From contig JBPOIF010000009.1 of the NCBI GenBank assembly GCA_052034745.1, positions 1 through 49,844 of the forward strand: a stretch of DNA of 49,844 bases, given 5' to 3'. This DNA comes from Candidatus Nomurabacteria bacterium (lineage in GTDB: Bacteria > Patescibacteriota > Minisyncoccia > Phycocordibacterales > UBA9973). Every line of letters starts with the position of its first letter. Position 1 is the first letter of the stretch. Shown here piece after piece: positions 14,163 to 21,494 of the stretch. The position numbers and the translations under genes were made by a program. A model generated the notes under the pieces. That model was not told the origin of the DNA, did not search any database, and saw only the letters and a program-made list of their open reading frames with translations.

Positions 14163-16031
14163 CTACAATCGCTCAGGATTGCGCTCTATTTTAAAAGGGA
14201 ATCGGAGCGATTCAAAAAAGCTCATGAGGTCACGACCTTCTTCTTCGAGGTACTCATTGGGTACTTTGACAAGCCATGAAAGGAGCACCTTCATACTACT
14301 GATACTGATGCGTCGAGCAGGGAGCATCGTTTGATCAAGGTCGTGTATGTACTCTTGTATTTTCTCGAGCACTTCCCGGTGGTGCCCTTCAGGGACGGTG
14401 ACGCTTATCTTGAGAAGTGTCCCAAACGGTGGATAACCGAGGTCTTTTCGAAGCGTGAGTTCTTCAGTCATGATGAGCGATGTTTTTTGTGTTTCAAGCT
14501 GTGTGACGAAGGGAACGTCAGGATTTTTTGTGCAGATGATGACACCGTCGATTGCGATTTCGTTGCACTGCATCACCAGTCGCAGGAGTGATTCGGTGGT
14601 GTACAGGCTCGGAATCGAATAGAGACGATCAAAAAAAGGGATCACTGCATAATGGATGCGTTTGATATAAGGGAGTGCTTTTTGAGTACCGACGATGACG
14701 GCAAACTTTTTTGATTCGATCGTTTTCAATATGTCTTCGATAGTTTTGCTATCAGGAGAGATGTCGTCATCGATTGCGACGACCGAGTCTTCTCCGACGA
14801 TATGAGCGACCGCGTCTTTGAGGCTCTCTGTTCCGATTGCGACAGGGACGATGTTCCATCCACCGCAATAGCTACAGGTATGATCAGGCGGGAGTGTTGT
14901 ACTACAGTGCAGGCAGAGAAAGAGTCGCTCTCTTGTTCCTCCTGACGTTTTGAAACGCAGTGCCATAGGGAGAGAGCACTCGGGACATTCGACAACGGTT
15001 CCACAATCTGCACATCGAGACAGCGGAGCGATACCTTTTCTGTTGGTGTAGAGAAAAAGTCGGCGTTTCTTTTTTTCTGCATGGCGAATGAGTTCGATCA
15101 CTTCAGTGGGGAGAACCGTGCGATAGTGTTCGACGGGAACGATATGAAGTTTGTCCGGGATAAATGATCGAGGGAGTCGATCCGCACCACAGTGAGCGAG
15201 TGTTTCAAATCGAGGGAGTGTGTCTCCGTAGATAAGGGTCGCCCCGATACGTGTTGCGAGCGCTGCAAAAAATACTCTCGTGTCGCTTTCGTAACGATCA
15301 GAGGTGTGATAGAGATCGCTACTCTCGTCTTCGAGGACGACAGAGCCGATAGTAGTGACCGGAACAACGGAGAACCCGGGTGTCGCAAATACAAGAAAAG
15401 GGACATTGTCATTTTTGATGGCTGCAAATTGTGAACGAAGCATCTTCTTGGTGACCTTGCTATGAAAAATCATCACATGTCTGCCGATGCCTTTTTCGAG
15501 TTGACTCTTCCACCATTCGAGAGACCTTATAGTGGGTGCAATAAAAAGGACGCTTTCTTTAGAAGCAAAAGAGCTTCGAATCATACGTTTGTACTCATCG
15601 ACTCTTGAAGCTCTCGTTCCTACGAGACTCTTTTTTTCTCCTCCGAGAGGGCGAAGGGTATTTTCAGAAAGGAGTGATGCGACCTTTTCACCTGCGATGT
15701 ATTCAAAGAGGATCTGAGGAAGTACCGCAGAAGCGACTGCTCCCAAAGGAGAAAGAGTGGCTGACGCTGTTTCTTTGAGAGCAGCGATGATTGCTTCAAA
15801 GTAGCCGACATGTCCAATGATTGATTTTATTTTTTTGAGTGAAAACGCTGCTTGTTTTACAAATGCTTTTGCTTCGATGAGGGGTATTGTTTCGGTGATG
15901 ATGCCGTAGAGTGTTTGTCGCCCAAAAGGAATAGTCACCAATGTTCCTGGTTCAAGAGGTTCAGGCGCATAGTAGGTGAGTGTATCGAAAGGGATACCGC
16001 GAGCAATGGGGATAATCGTTGCGATATGCAT
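14163..16031 (-). CDS. priA: primosomal protein N' (PriA) with degenerate ATPase motifs
   Basis: N-terminal 3'-DNA-binding region, Cys-rich CADCG..CPECS..CLHCS..CSYCG zinc module, and C-terminal GYPPF. The Walker A position reads LVGTRASRVDEY. The DEEH position reads LEDESS. Confidence 0.85.
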   Translation of the reverse strand: MHIATIIPIARGIPFDTLTYYAPEPLEPGTLVTIPFGRQTLYGIITETIPLIEAKAFVKQAAFSLKKIKSIIGHVGYFEAIIAALKETASATLSPLGAVASAVLPQILFEYIAGEKVASLLSENTLRPLGGEKKSLVGTRASRVDEYKRMIRSSFASKESVLFIAPTIRSLEWWKSQLEKGIGRHVMIFHSKVTKKMLRSQFAAIKNDNVPFLVFATPGFSVVPVTTIGSVVLEDESSDLYHTSDRYESDTRVFFAALATRIGATLIYGDTLPRFETLAHCGADRLPRSFIPDKLHIVPVEHYRTVLPTEVIELIRHAEKKKRRLFLYTNRKGIAPLSRCADCGTVVECPECSLPMALRFKTSGGTRERLFLCLHCSTTLPPDHTCSYCGGWNIVPVAIGTESLKDAVAHIVGEDSVVAIDDDISPDSKTIEDILKTIESKKFAVIVGTQKALPYIKRIHYAVIPFFDRLYSIPSLYTTESLLRLVMQCNEIAIDGVIICTKNPDVPFVTQLETQKTSLIMTEELTLRKDLGYPPFGTLLKISVTVPEGHHREVLEKIQEYIHDLDQTMLPARRISISSMKVLLSWLVKVPNEYLEEEGRDLMSFFESLRFPFKIERNPERL

Positions 16032-16086
16032 ATCTAGGTTATACCGCGCTCTCGTTATTTCGACAAAAGTTGTTCGTGGGTATACT

Positions 16087-17118
16087 ATGATAAGCGCAAT
16101 GTTTCGTCTCCTGCAGGGTAAAAAAATAGGTATCGACCTCGGTACGACATATACAAATGTCTATCTTTCGGGGCGAGGAATCGTCGTGTCGGAGCCCACA
16201 GTGGTTGCAATCAATACGACGACAAAAGAGATTGTCGCCATTGGTGCAGAAGCAAAAGAGATGATAGGAAAGACTCCTGAAACTATCTCTGTGATTCGTC
16301 CGATGCAAGATGGAGCGATCGCGAACTACCAGTTGACCTATGCGATGCTCAAATACTTCATCACGCGAGCACTTGGGCGTGGGGCACTCTTTAAGCCAGA
16401 TGTGCTTGTATCGGTTCCCTCAGGGATCACCGGAACGGAGCGTCGCGCGGTGATCGAGGCGACTATCAAAGCAGGTGCAAAAAATGCATTTATCGTCAAA
16501 GAGCCGATCCTTGCAGCAATCGGTGCAGGAGTACCTATCAATGAACCACGAGGGCACATGATCATCGATGCAGGGGGTGGAACGACTGATGTTGCGGTGA
16601 TTTCTCTCGGAGGTGTGGTGGCCAGTACTTCGGTCAAATGTGCAGGGAACAAAATAGACCAGGCGCTTCGTGAATATCTCCGCCGTACGTACGGTATATT
16701 GATCGGAGATCAAACAGCAGAAGAGTTGAAAAAAAATCTCGCTAGCGCGCTCGCAATCAACCCGGATGTGACCGGACAAGTAAAAGGACGCGATCAAAAT
16801 ACTGGACTTCCAAAGACGCTCGACCTGACGACGAACGAACTCGTCAAAGCGATCGATTATGAACTCAAACAGATCGTGAGAGCAATCAAGACCGTACTCG
16901 AAGAGACTCCTCCCGAGCTCGCAAGTGACATCATCGACAACGGTATCGTCATGACCGGAGGAACCGCACTTCTCGCACACTTGCCAGAGCTTGTTGAAAA
17001 AGAAAGTGGAGTCAAGGTCCGTCGTGCTGACAACGCACTCCTTGCAGTTGCAAATGGAACAGGGATACTCCTCGAACACCTCGGTGATTACAAACGCTCA
17101 ATCCTCGCAAAGCGATAA
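16087..17118 (+). CDS. mreB: rod-shape determining actin homolog MreB
   Basis: [14 protein letters not shown] and IIDAGGGTTDVAVISLGG. An alternative start lies at 16099 (MFRLL). Confidence 0.9.
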   Translation: MISAMFRLLQGKKIGIDLGTTYTNVYLSGRGIVVSEPTVVAINTTTKEIVAIGAEAKEMIGKTPETISVIRPMQDGAIANYQLTYAMLKYFITRALGRGALFKPDVLVSVPSGITGTERRAVIEATIKAGAKNAFIVKEPILAAIGAGVPINEPRGHMIIDAGGGTTDVAVISLGGVVASTSVKCAGNKIDQALREYLRRTYGILIGDQTAEELKKNLASALAINPDVTGQVKGRDQNTGLPKTLDLTTNELVKAIDYELKQIVRAIKTVLEETPPELASDIIDNGIVMTGGTALLAHLPELVEKESGVKVRRADNALLAVANGTGILLEHLGDYKRSILAKR

Positions 17119-17121
17119 AAT

Positions 17122-17148
17122 AAAAAACCTCCTGGAAGGGAGGTTTTG
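17122..17148. terminator. bidirectional terminator between convergent genes
   Basis: aaaaaacctcc-tggaag-ggaggtttt. Confidence 0.7.
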
Positions 17149-17161
17149 CATAGTCTGTGTT

Positions 17162-17458
17162 TTAATGGGGTCTGTCTTTATTTTTCTCTCTATCCGCTCT
17201 GACCATGTCACGGATTTCTGTGTTTGACAGAATTGCGTGCATTTCCAAATAAGCAAACACCCAGCCTATCCAGCGTCCAGCTTTTAAAGCGAGATCGAGT
17301 GATGTTGTATCCATTTTTTCTATTTCATCACACATCCACAAAAGATGAGACAGTGGTGGAAGCATTCCTTTGACCAGAGTCGCTTCGGCTGGTTCTGTAT
17401 AAGGAGAGGATTTTTTTATAACAGAGCGGATGTTCCCTATAGATATTTGGTAGTACAT
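17162..17458 (-). CDS. hypothetical protein (98 aa)
   Basis: ORF with a divergent promoter (TTGACA on the minus strand at 17499-17504) and a shared terminator. No secure motif. Confidence 0.5.
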   Translation of the reverse strand: MYYQISIGNIRSVIKKSSPYTEPAEATLVKGMLPPLSHLLWMCDEIEKMDTTSLDLALKAGRWIGWVFAYLEMHAILSNTEIRDMVRADREKNKDRPH

Positions 17459-17497
17459 AAAAATTTATTTCTCTCACCTTACAATCCAATATTGACT

Positions 17498-17525
17498 TTG
17501 TCAAACGGGGGAGGTAGAGTAGGGA
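17498..17525 (+). promoter_or_regulatory. promoter cassette P4 (TTGTCA-N16-TAGGGA), related to P1/P2
   Basis: ttgtcaaacgggggaggtagagtagggaaaaataaat shares the GGGGAGGT spacer core with P1/P2. An ATG follows at 17535. Confidence 0.5.
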
Positions 17526-17657
17526 AAAATAAATGTATGAATTTAAAATTCTCAGATCTTTTGCAGCCGATCATCGATCGCTTTAATGTACAAGCTCAAA
17601 TTTTTATTTGCTCCGAACCCGGTGAGGATATTTGAAAGAGTTTGTTATACTAGGTCC

Positions 17658-18281
17658 ATGGAACATATCTGGGTAAAGTCGACCAATCAAGAAGAATCAG
17701 AAAAACTTGCAAAAATAGCGCAGAGCGCATCTGAAAATATAGAAAATAAGTCGCCGACGAAAGAGATGCTTGATGAAGAAATTCAGAGGTATATAGATAT
17801 ACGATTTCCAGTAACAAATGAGGATAATCTTCAAGAAGATGCTGCACAGAAGTTTGTAATCGATAGTAATTATTTAGACGAACTTCACAAAAATGAAGCG
17901 TTAGGAGAGCAAGTAAATCAAGAAATTGTTGATGGTCTATGGAGGATGTATGAGAAGATGTTGGAACAAGGTGCGTATTTAGATCTGCAGAGAGAATTGA
18001 GTCCTAAGATAAATAAGCTCTTAGATAGTCTAAAAGTTTTAGAGCTCCAAAATGAGATTAAAGAACAATTTCCAATGGCGAAATCAGCTATAACGAATAA
18101 AGAAGCATTTTTTATCGCGCAAAATGAAATAAGTCATATAAAAAGTGAGTTGGATAGTATACGAAATGAAGAAGTATCTCCACAAAGTGTCGGACAGTTA
18201 CTTGAGCAGTACAAAGCATTGTCGGAAAAATATCAGACAGTCAGAGCTTTAATTGAACCTGAAAATTCTGCATTAAATTAG
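17658..18281 (+). CDS. hypothetical coiled-coil-like protein (207 aa)
   Basis: E/K/Q/L-rich ORF. An alternative start lies at 17586. The stop TAG abuts repeat copy A. Confidence 0.5.
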   Translation: MEHIWVKSTNQEESEKLAKIAQSASENIENKSPTKEMLDEEIQRYIDIRFPVTNEDNLQEDAAQKFVIDSNYLDELHKNEALGEQVNQEIVDGLWRMYEKMLEQGAYLDLQRELSPKINKLLDSLKVLELQNEIKEQFPMAKSAITNKEAFFIAQNEISHIKSELDSIRNEEVSPQSVGQLLEQYKALSEKYQTVRALIEPENSALN

Positions 18282-18340
18282 TGCCCCGACTGTGTACCGC
18301 CGTAGTCTTGGCGGAGGGATAGCTTGGGACGATGTTCGAA
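18281..18340 (+). repeat. island repeat copy A
   Basis: gtgccccgactgtgtaccgccgtagtcttggcggagggatagcttgggacgatgttcgaa. It starts on the G of the upstream TAG stop. Confidence 0.85.
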
Positions 18341-18391
18341 AGGAGATATCTGTTATATAATAAGGTTATTACCACTTAATATTCTAAATAT

Positions 18392-18544
18392 ATGGAAAAT
18401 TTCCCCAAAACAGAAGAAAATTCATCTGAAAAAAACCTTAAGGTTAACTCTGAAGGAAAGAAGTATGAATACGAAAAGGATGGTGTTTATTACGGCGGGG
18501 ATTATCTAGCCGAACCACCACAGGAGTTAAACATTAACGCTTAG
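18392..18544 (+). CDS. small hypothetical protein (50 aa, MENFPKTEENSSEK...)
   Basis: ATG ORF not in the supplied track (under 60 aa), followed directly by a strong terminator at 18551-18581. TATAAT at 18355-18360. Confidence 0.35.
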   Translation: MENFPKTEENSSEKNLKVNSEGKKYEYEKDGVYYGGDYLAEPPQELNINA

Positions 18545-18550
18545 TCTTTA

Positions 18551-18581
18551 AAATCACCCATTACGGGTGATTTTATTTTTT
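18551..18581 (+). terminator. Rho-independent terminator
   Basis: aaatcaccc-attac-gggtgattt + tattttt. Confidence 0.8.
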
Positions 18582-18598
18582 AGGTTATTATTAAGTTA

Positions 18599-19129
18599 AT
18601 GAAAGAATACGAAAAAGACGCATTGTTAAGATTAATCGAAGGTGGTCGGTATATTTCTGTTTTACCTGACTCTCCAGAGGCGAGATATTTTGTTCAAACT
18701 AATAATCTAGATGTAAGAATATTACCACCAAAAGAAATTGGTCAGATAGTGGTCGGAACTCATAAAAAGATAAGAGACGTTATTTCTATTGAAGATATAA
18801 ATGAAGTTGGTTTCCCTGAGTATATTAATGAGTTAAAAAATCTTTACGCTAAGATTTCTGACGAATTAGTAGTAGACGCCTTCATTCTTTTGCAGAATCT
18901 ATTTATAGAAAATAATTATCAGTTTCCCGAAATTGATATAATCTATGGATTACTGTTTCGATTTAAAGTATGTGACATACGTTACTATGTTCAAACCAGG
19001 GATCAAGGAATAGAAAAGCATTCACTAGAGGCAATTATTGATGAGCATATAGGTGACCGAGTAAGAAACATTGAAGAGCAACAAGTATACTGCTACGAAT
19101 GTTCTAAAAAGATTTTAGGAATAAAATAA
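18599..19129 (+). CDS. hypothetical protein (176 aa)
   Basis: AT-rich ORF. Repeat copy B begins 11 nt after its stop. Confidence 0.55.
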   Translation: MKEYEKDALLRLIEGGRYISVLPDSPEARYFVQTNNLDVRILPPKEIGQIVVGTHKKIRDVISIEDINEVGFPEYINELKNLYAKISDELVVDAFILLQNLFIENNYQFPEIDIIYGLLFRFKVCDIRYYVQTRDQGIEKHSLEAIIDEHIGDRVRNIEEQQVYCYECSKKILGIK

Positions 19130-19140
19130 ACTTCAAAAAA

Positions 19141-19202
19141 GCGCTCCGACTGTGTACCGTCGTAGCTGAAAGCGGGAGGAGTAATTTGGGAGGATGTTCG
19201 AA
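19141..19202 (+). repeat. island repeat copy B
   Basis: gcgctccgactgtgtaccgtcgtagctgaaagcgggaggagtaatttgggaggatgttcgaa. 60/62 identical to copy C. Confidence 0.9.
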
Positions 19203-19212
19203 TAGAAATAGG

Positions 19213-19259
19213 CTAATAAAAAAGCCCACCAATGAAGATGAGCTTCAATATGGCAGGCT
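19213..19259 (-). terminator. minus-strand terminator (stem uses G-U pairs only on the minus-strand RNA)
   Basis: On the minus strand: agccugcca-loop-uggugggcu + uuuuuuauu. Confidence 0.45.
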
Positions 19260-19263
19260 TATG

Positions 19264-19731
19264 TTAGTTTGCTTCTCTTACAATACCCTTGATGAGTTCT
19301 ACATAGGTATACTGTCCGTTTTCTATGCTTTCATAAAATGGCGATTTAATAGAAACCAAATCCCAATATGTCTCTTGTGGAGGGTCATATTTATGAGAAT
19401 ACTTTAACTGAACAGTATCTCCAACCGTAACTCCATTCTCATATGCAAACTTAATTGAACGGCTATACAGTTCATTATTAGTGTTAAACCTGTTTGCATA
19501 CGCTTCTGGGTCTTTATGGTGTAAATCAATATCGTTTTGTTCAGCTCTTTTATAAGCTGGCATCACGACATCAATTACCATTTGAGTAGGAAGTTTTTCT
19601 GTGTTAGTTACTTCCTTTATTTGTTGTGGTGGATCTAATGAAACATTCCACTTACAAATAAAGAACACTATTGTTCCAATAACTACTACAGATAGTATTA
19701 TTTTTATCCAGGTCATCGTGCTATTTTTCAT
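19264..19731 (-). CDS. membrane-anchored hypothetical protein (155 aa)
   Basis: N-terminal hydrophobic helix WIKIILSVVVIGTIVFFICKW, followed by a soluble domain. Confidence 0.6.
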   Translation of the reverse strand: MKNSTMTWIKIILSVVVIGTIVFFICKWNVSLDPPQQIKEVTNTEKLPTQMVIDVVMPAYKRAEQNDIDLHHKDPEAYANRFNTNNELYSRSIKFAYENGVTVGDTVQLKYSHKYDPPQETYWDLVSIKSPFYESIENGQYTYVELIKGIVREAN

Positions 19732-19866
19732 TGCTGATTATTTAACTGTTTTAAATTATTGATTCCTCTCTAATCCCACAGAGGAGCAGGGAAGAACCAA
19801 CAAAATCAACACTAAATAATCAAGTAATTCAAAGAACTATTATGGGTATACTATAGCATAAAATGA

Positions 19867-19895
19867 TTGACAAGTCAAGTACAGTGTGCTATCAT
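19867..19895 (+). promoter_or_regulatory. promoter TTGACA-N17-TATCAT
   Basis: -35 at 19867-19872 and -10 at 19890-19895. About 100-nt leader before the ATG at 19996. Confidence 0.5.
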
Positions 19896-19995
19896 AATAC
19901 CAGAAATTAACACGGCTCTCTGTACAGAATTAACCATTTTGAGTAGCTCAGTACAGGGAAACGGTAACTATAAGTAACACTAAAAACTTATAGTT

Positions 19996-20244
19996 ATGAC
20001 ACAGAAAACAATTGAGAAAGAAAACACAGTTTTTTATCGTCTCCTCAAACACACGAGGTTTGTAGGAAATCCTGAGTGTAAACCCGAGGTTCTATGGGAA
20101 GGAAATCATATTCCTGACCTTATAAGAAAACATCCTCGGAATTATCGTATAGAATATTTTTCCTGCGATGATTTTGACACATGGGTCTCAATGGAAAGAA
20201 TGGAGAATGACCAGTGGCAAAAAACTGATGACATTCGTCCATAG
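19996..20244 (+). CDS. hypothetical protein (82 aa)
   Basis: ORF with an upstream promoter and terminator 20255-20281. Confidence 0.5.
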   Translation: MTQKTIEKENTVFYRLLKHTRFVGNPECKPEVLWEGNHIPDLIRKHPRNYRIEYFSCDDFDTWVSMERMENDQWQKTDDIRP

Positions 20245-20254
20245 TGAAATTGGT

Positions 20255-20281
20255 AGCCCCTTTAACAAAGGGGCTTTTTTC
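20255..20281 (+). terminator. Rho-independent terminator
   Basis: agcccctt-taaca-aaggggct + ttttt. Confidence 0.8.
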
Positions 20282-20316
20282 TTTTCCAAGACCTTCACAA
20301 CATGCACAACGTTCAC

Positions 20317-20344
20317 GTGCTCTGAATTTGGGACGATGTTCGAA
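20317..20344 (+). repeat. island repeat copy D (internally deleted: both ends retained)
   Basis: gtgctc|tgaatttgggacgatgttcgaa. It keeps the 5' hexamer and the 3' 22 nt of the family. Confidence 0.7.
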
Positions 20345-20372
20345 TGAGCTTGTCAGTAGTACACTGAAGGGT

Positions 20373-20591
20373 ATGAGGAAAAAATATCTTTCAATTTTTC
20401 TATATATTTTATCTGGAATCTCACTAGTTATATTTTTGTTAGGTGTCCCATTAATTCTATGGTGTTCTATTGGCATACATAAAATCGGATCAGGGTCTTG
20501 TGAAATGAATACTGCCCTGATTAAAATCTGGTTGTGTTTAGCTATCTCAGTTATCTTATTTGTTGTTGCACGTGCTAGTCATCATAAATAG
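20373..20591 (+). CDS. small membrane protein, two predicted TM helices (72 aa)
   Basis: MRKKYLSIFLYILSGISLVIFLLGVPLILW...IWLCLAISVILFVVA. GAAGG lies 3 nt upstream. The stop TAG abuts repeat copy C. Confidence 0.45.
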   Translation: MRKKYLSIFLYILSGISLVIFLLGVPLILWCSIGIHKIGSGSCEMNTALIKIWLCLAISVILFVVARASHHK

Positions 20592-20652
20592 TGCTCCGAC
20601 TGTGTACCGTCGTAGTTGAAAGCGGGAGGAGTAATTTGGGAGGATGTTCGAA
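20591..20652 (+). repeat. island repeat copy C
   Basis: gtgctccgactgtgtaccgtcgtagttgaaagcgggaggagtaatttgggaggatgttcgaa. Confidence 0.9.
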
Positions 20653-20660
20653 GCTCTCTC

Positions 20661-20689
20661 AAATAAAAACCACCCTGAAGACAGGGTGG
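20661..20689 (-). terminator. minus-strand Rho-independent terminator
   Basis: On the minus strand: ccaccctg-tctt-cagggtgg + tttttattt. Confidence 0.75.
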
Positions 20690-20793
20690 GGTGCTCGGAT
20701 GATAATCTCATTTAGGTATTCCAAGGTAGATCATACCCTCTTTGATTTTTGCCAAAGAGCTAATGGAATATAGAACTTACGGCCCGAACTTCT
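20662..20793 (-). ncRNA. candidate small RNA (~130 nt) with its own promoter and terminator
   Basis: Promoter at 20800-20828 and terminator at 20661-20689. Internal hairpins ctctttg-N8-caaagag and ggtat-N13-atacc. The longest ATG ORF is 8 codons. Confidence 0.45.
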
Positions 20794-20799
20794 AAGTAG

Positions 20800-20828
20800 A
20801 TATTATCACATATATTAAGATTTGTCAA
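20800..20828 (-). promoter_or_regulatory. minus-strand promoter TTGACA-N17-TAATAT
   Basis: The reverse complement reads ttgaca aatcttaatatatgtga taatat. Confidence 0.55.
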
Positions 20829-20830
20829 AC

Positions 20831-20890
20831 CTGCTCCGAACGTGGGACAGCCTGCCCCTTCGAAGCTTTAGCGTAGAGGGGATGTTCGAA
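20831..20890 (+). repeat. island repeat copy E (diverged centre, conserved ends)
   Basis: ctgctccgaacgtgggacagcctgccccttcgaagctttagcgtagaggggatgttcgaa. Confidence 0.7.
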
Positions 20891-20945
20891 TGAGTCTCGT
20901 AAGGAAAGAGGGGAAGATAGGCTTGTAAATAAAGGGTTATTATGT

Positions 20946-20974
20946 TTGACAAAGTGTGTATTCTATGCTATTAT
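20946..20974 (+). promoter_or_regulatory. promoter TTGACA-N17-TATTAT
   Basis: -35 at 20946-20951 and -10 at 20969-20974. Confidence 0.55.
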
Positions 20975-21013
20975 AAACAGGTAAATAAGTTCCTTAACTC
21001 TAAAACTGAATAT

Positions 21014-21397
21014 ATGTCGGATAAAAGCGCTTTACTTAAAAGGTTGCACGAAGTATCGAAACTCGGAAAAATAAAAGCAAAAGAAGAGGCGGTTAAACGT
21101 AGCATTAAACAGGATCAGGAAAAAGAAGCGGAACAATTAAAAAAATGGCAAAATGAAGCCAAAGAAATTGTTGACAGAGCTTTAACTGAAGAAGAGCTGT
21201 TTGTGGCTGCAGAAAATGGAACTACTCATTACTGTATAAAGTCCATGAATAGTTACATTCCAGCAGAACGACTAATGGGTCTTGAGAAATGTATTTTTGA
21301 AGAAATTGCTAAGCACGGATTTACCCCGTTAGTTATTACCGAGACCGAAGAAGATTTTGACTTTTACTACATTGGAATTCAGTGGAGAGATATTTAA
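21014..21397 (+). CDS. hypothetical protein (127 aa from MSDKSALL)
   Basis: ORF 20942..21397. The first 24 codons overlap its own promoter, so the start is moved to 21014. Terminator at 21422-21449. Confidence 0.5.
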   Translation: MSDKSALLKRLHEVSKLGKIKAKEEAVKRSIKQDQEKEAEQLKKWQNEAKEIVDRALTEEELFVAAENGTTHYCIKSMNSYIPAERLMGLEKCIFEEIAKHGFTPLVITETEEDFDFYYIGIQWRDI

Positions 21398-21421
21398 TTA
21401 TCAACCTGTAAATCATTTTGG

Positions 21422-21449
21422 CCACCCTATAAATGGGTGGCTTTTTTAT
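21422..21449 (+). terminator. Rho-independent terminator
   Basis: gccaccc-tataaat-gggtggc + tttttt. Confidence 0.8.
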
Positions 21450-21494
21450 TGGATGAATATTGAACTCTTTAGCATGTATACTAGAGACATAGTT

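Noticed and set aside
16420-17079. Minus-strand 219-aa ORF
   Set aside because: Antisense to mreB. Shadow ORF.
20244-20372. N-terminal 43 codons of ORF 20244..20591
   Set aside because: This part contains the upstream gene's terminator and repeat copy D. An internal ATG at 20373, preceded by GAAGG, gives a clean two-TM protein.
19141-20773. Repeat copies as coding sequence (frame giving LRLCTVV.ESGRSNLGGCS with a lipobox-like LGGC, ORFs 19186..19407 and 20591..20773)
   Set aside because: Copy A has an in-frame stop in that frame. Downstream sequences are unrelated, the starts are non-ATG, and ORF 19186..19407 is antisense to a better minus-strand gene.
18281-20890. Repeat family as a CRISPR array
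   Set aside because: The repeats are about 60 bp with variable centres. The spacers are 240-1180 bp and contain genes with promoters and terminators. No cas genes are present.
18281-20890. Calling the island a bona fide integron
   Set aside because: No integrase (intI) or attI lies in the window. The terminal blocks do not satisfy RYYYAAC/GTTRRRY. It is kept only as a hypothesis in the findings.
21357-21494. N-terminal extension of the holB-like ORF
   Set aside because: It overlaps the 3' end and the terminator (21422-21449) of the preceding gene. For the same reason, the starts at 20942, 46001, 46322, 15976, 29919 and 42565 were moved inward.
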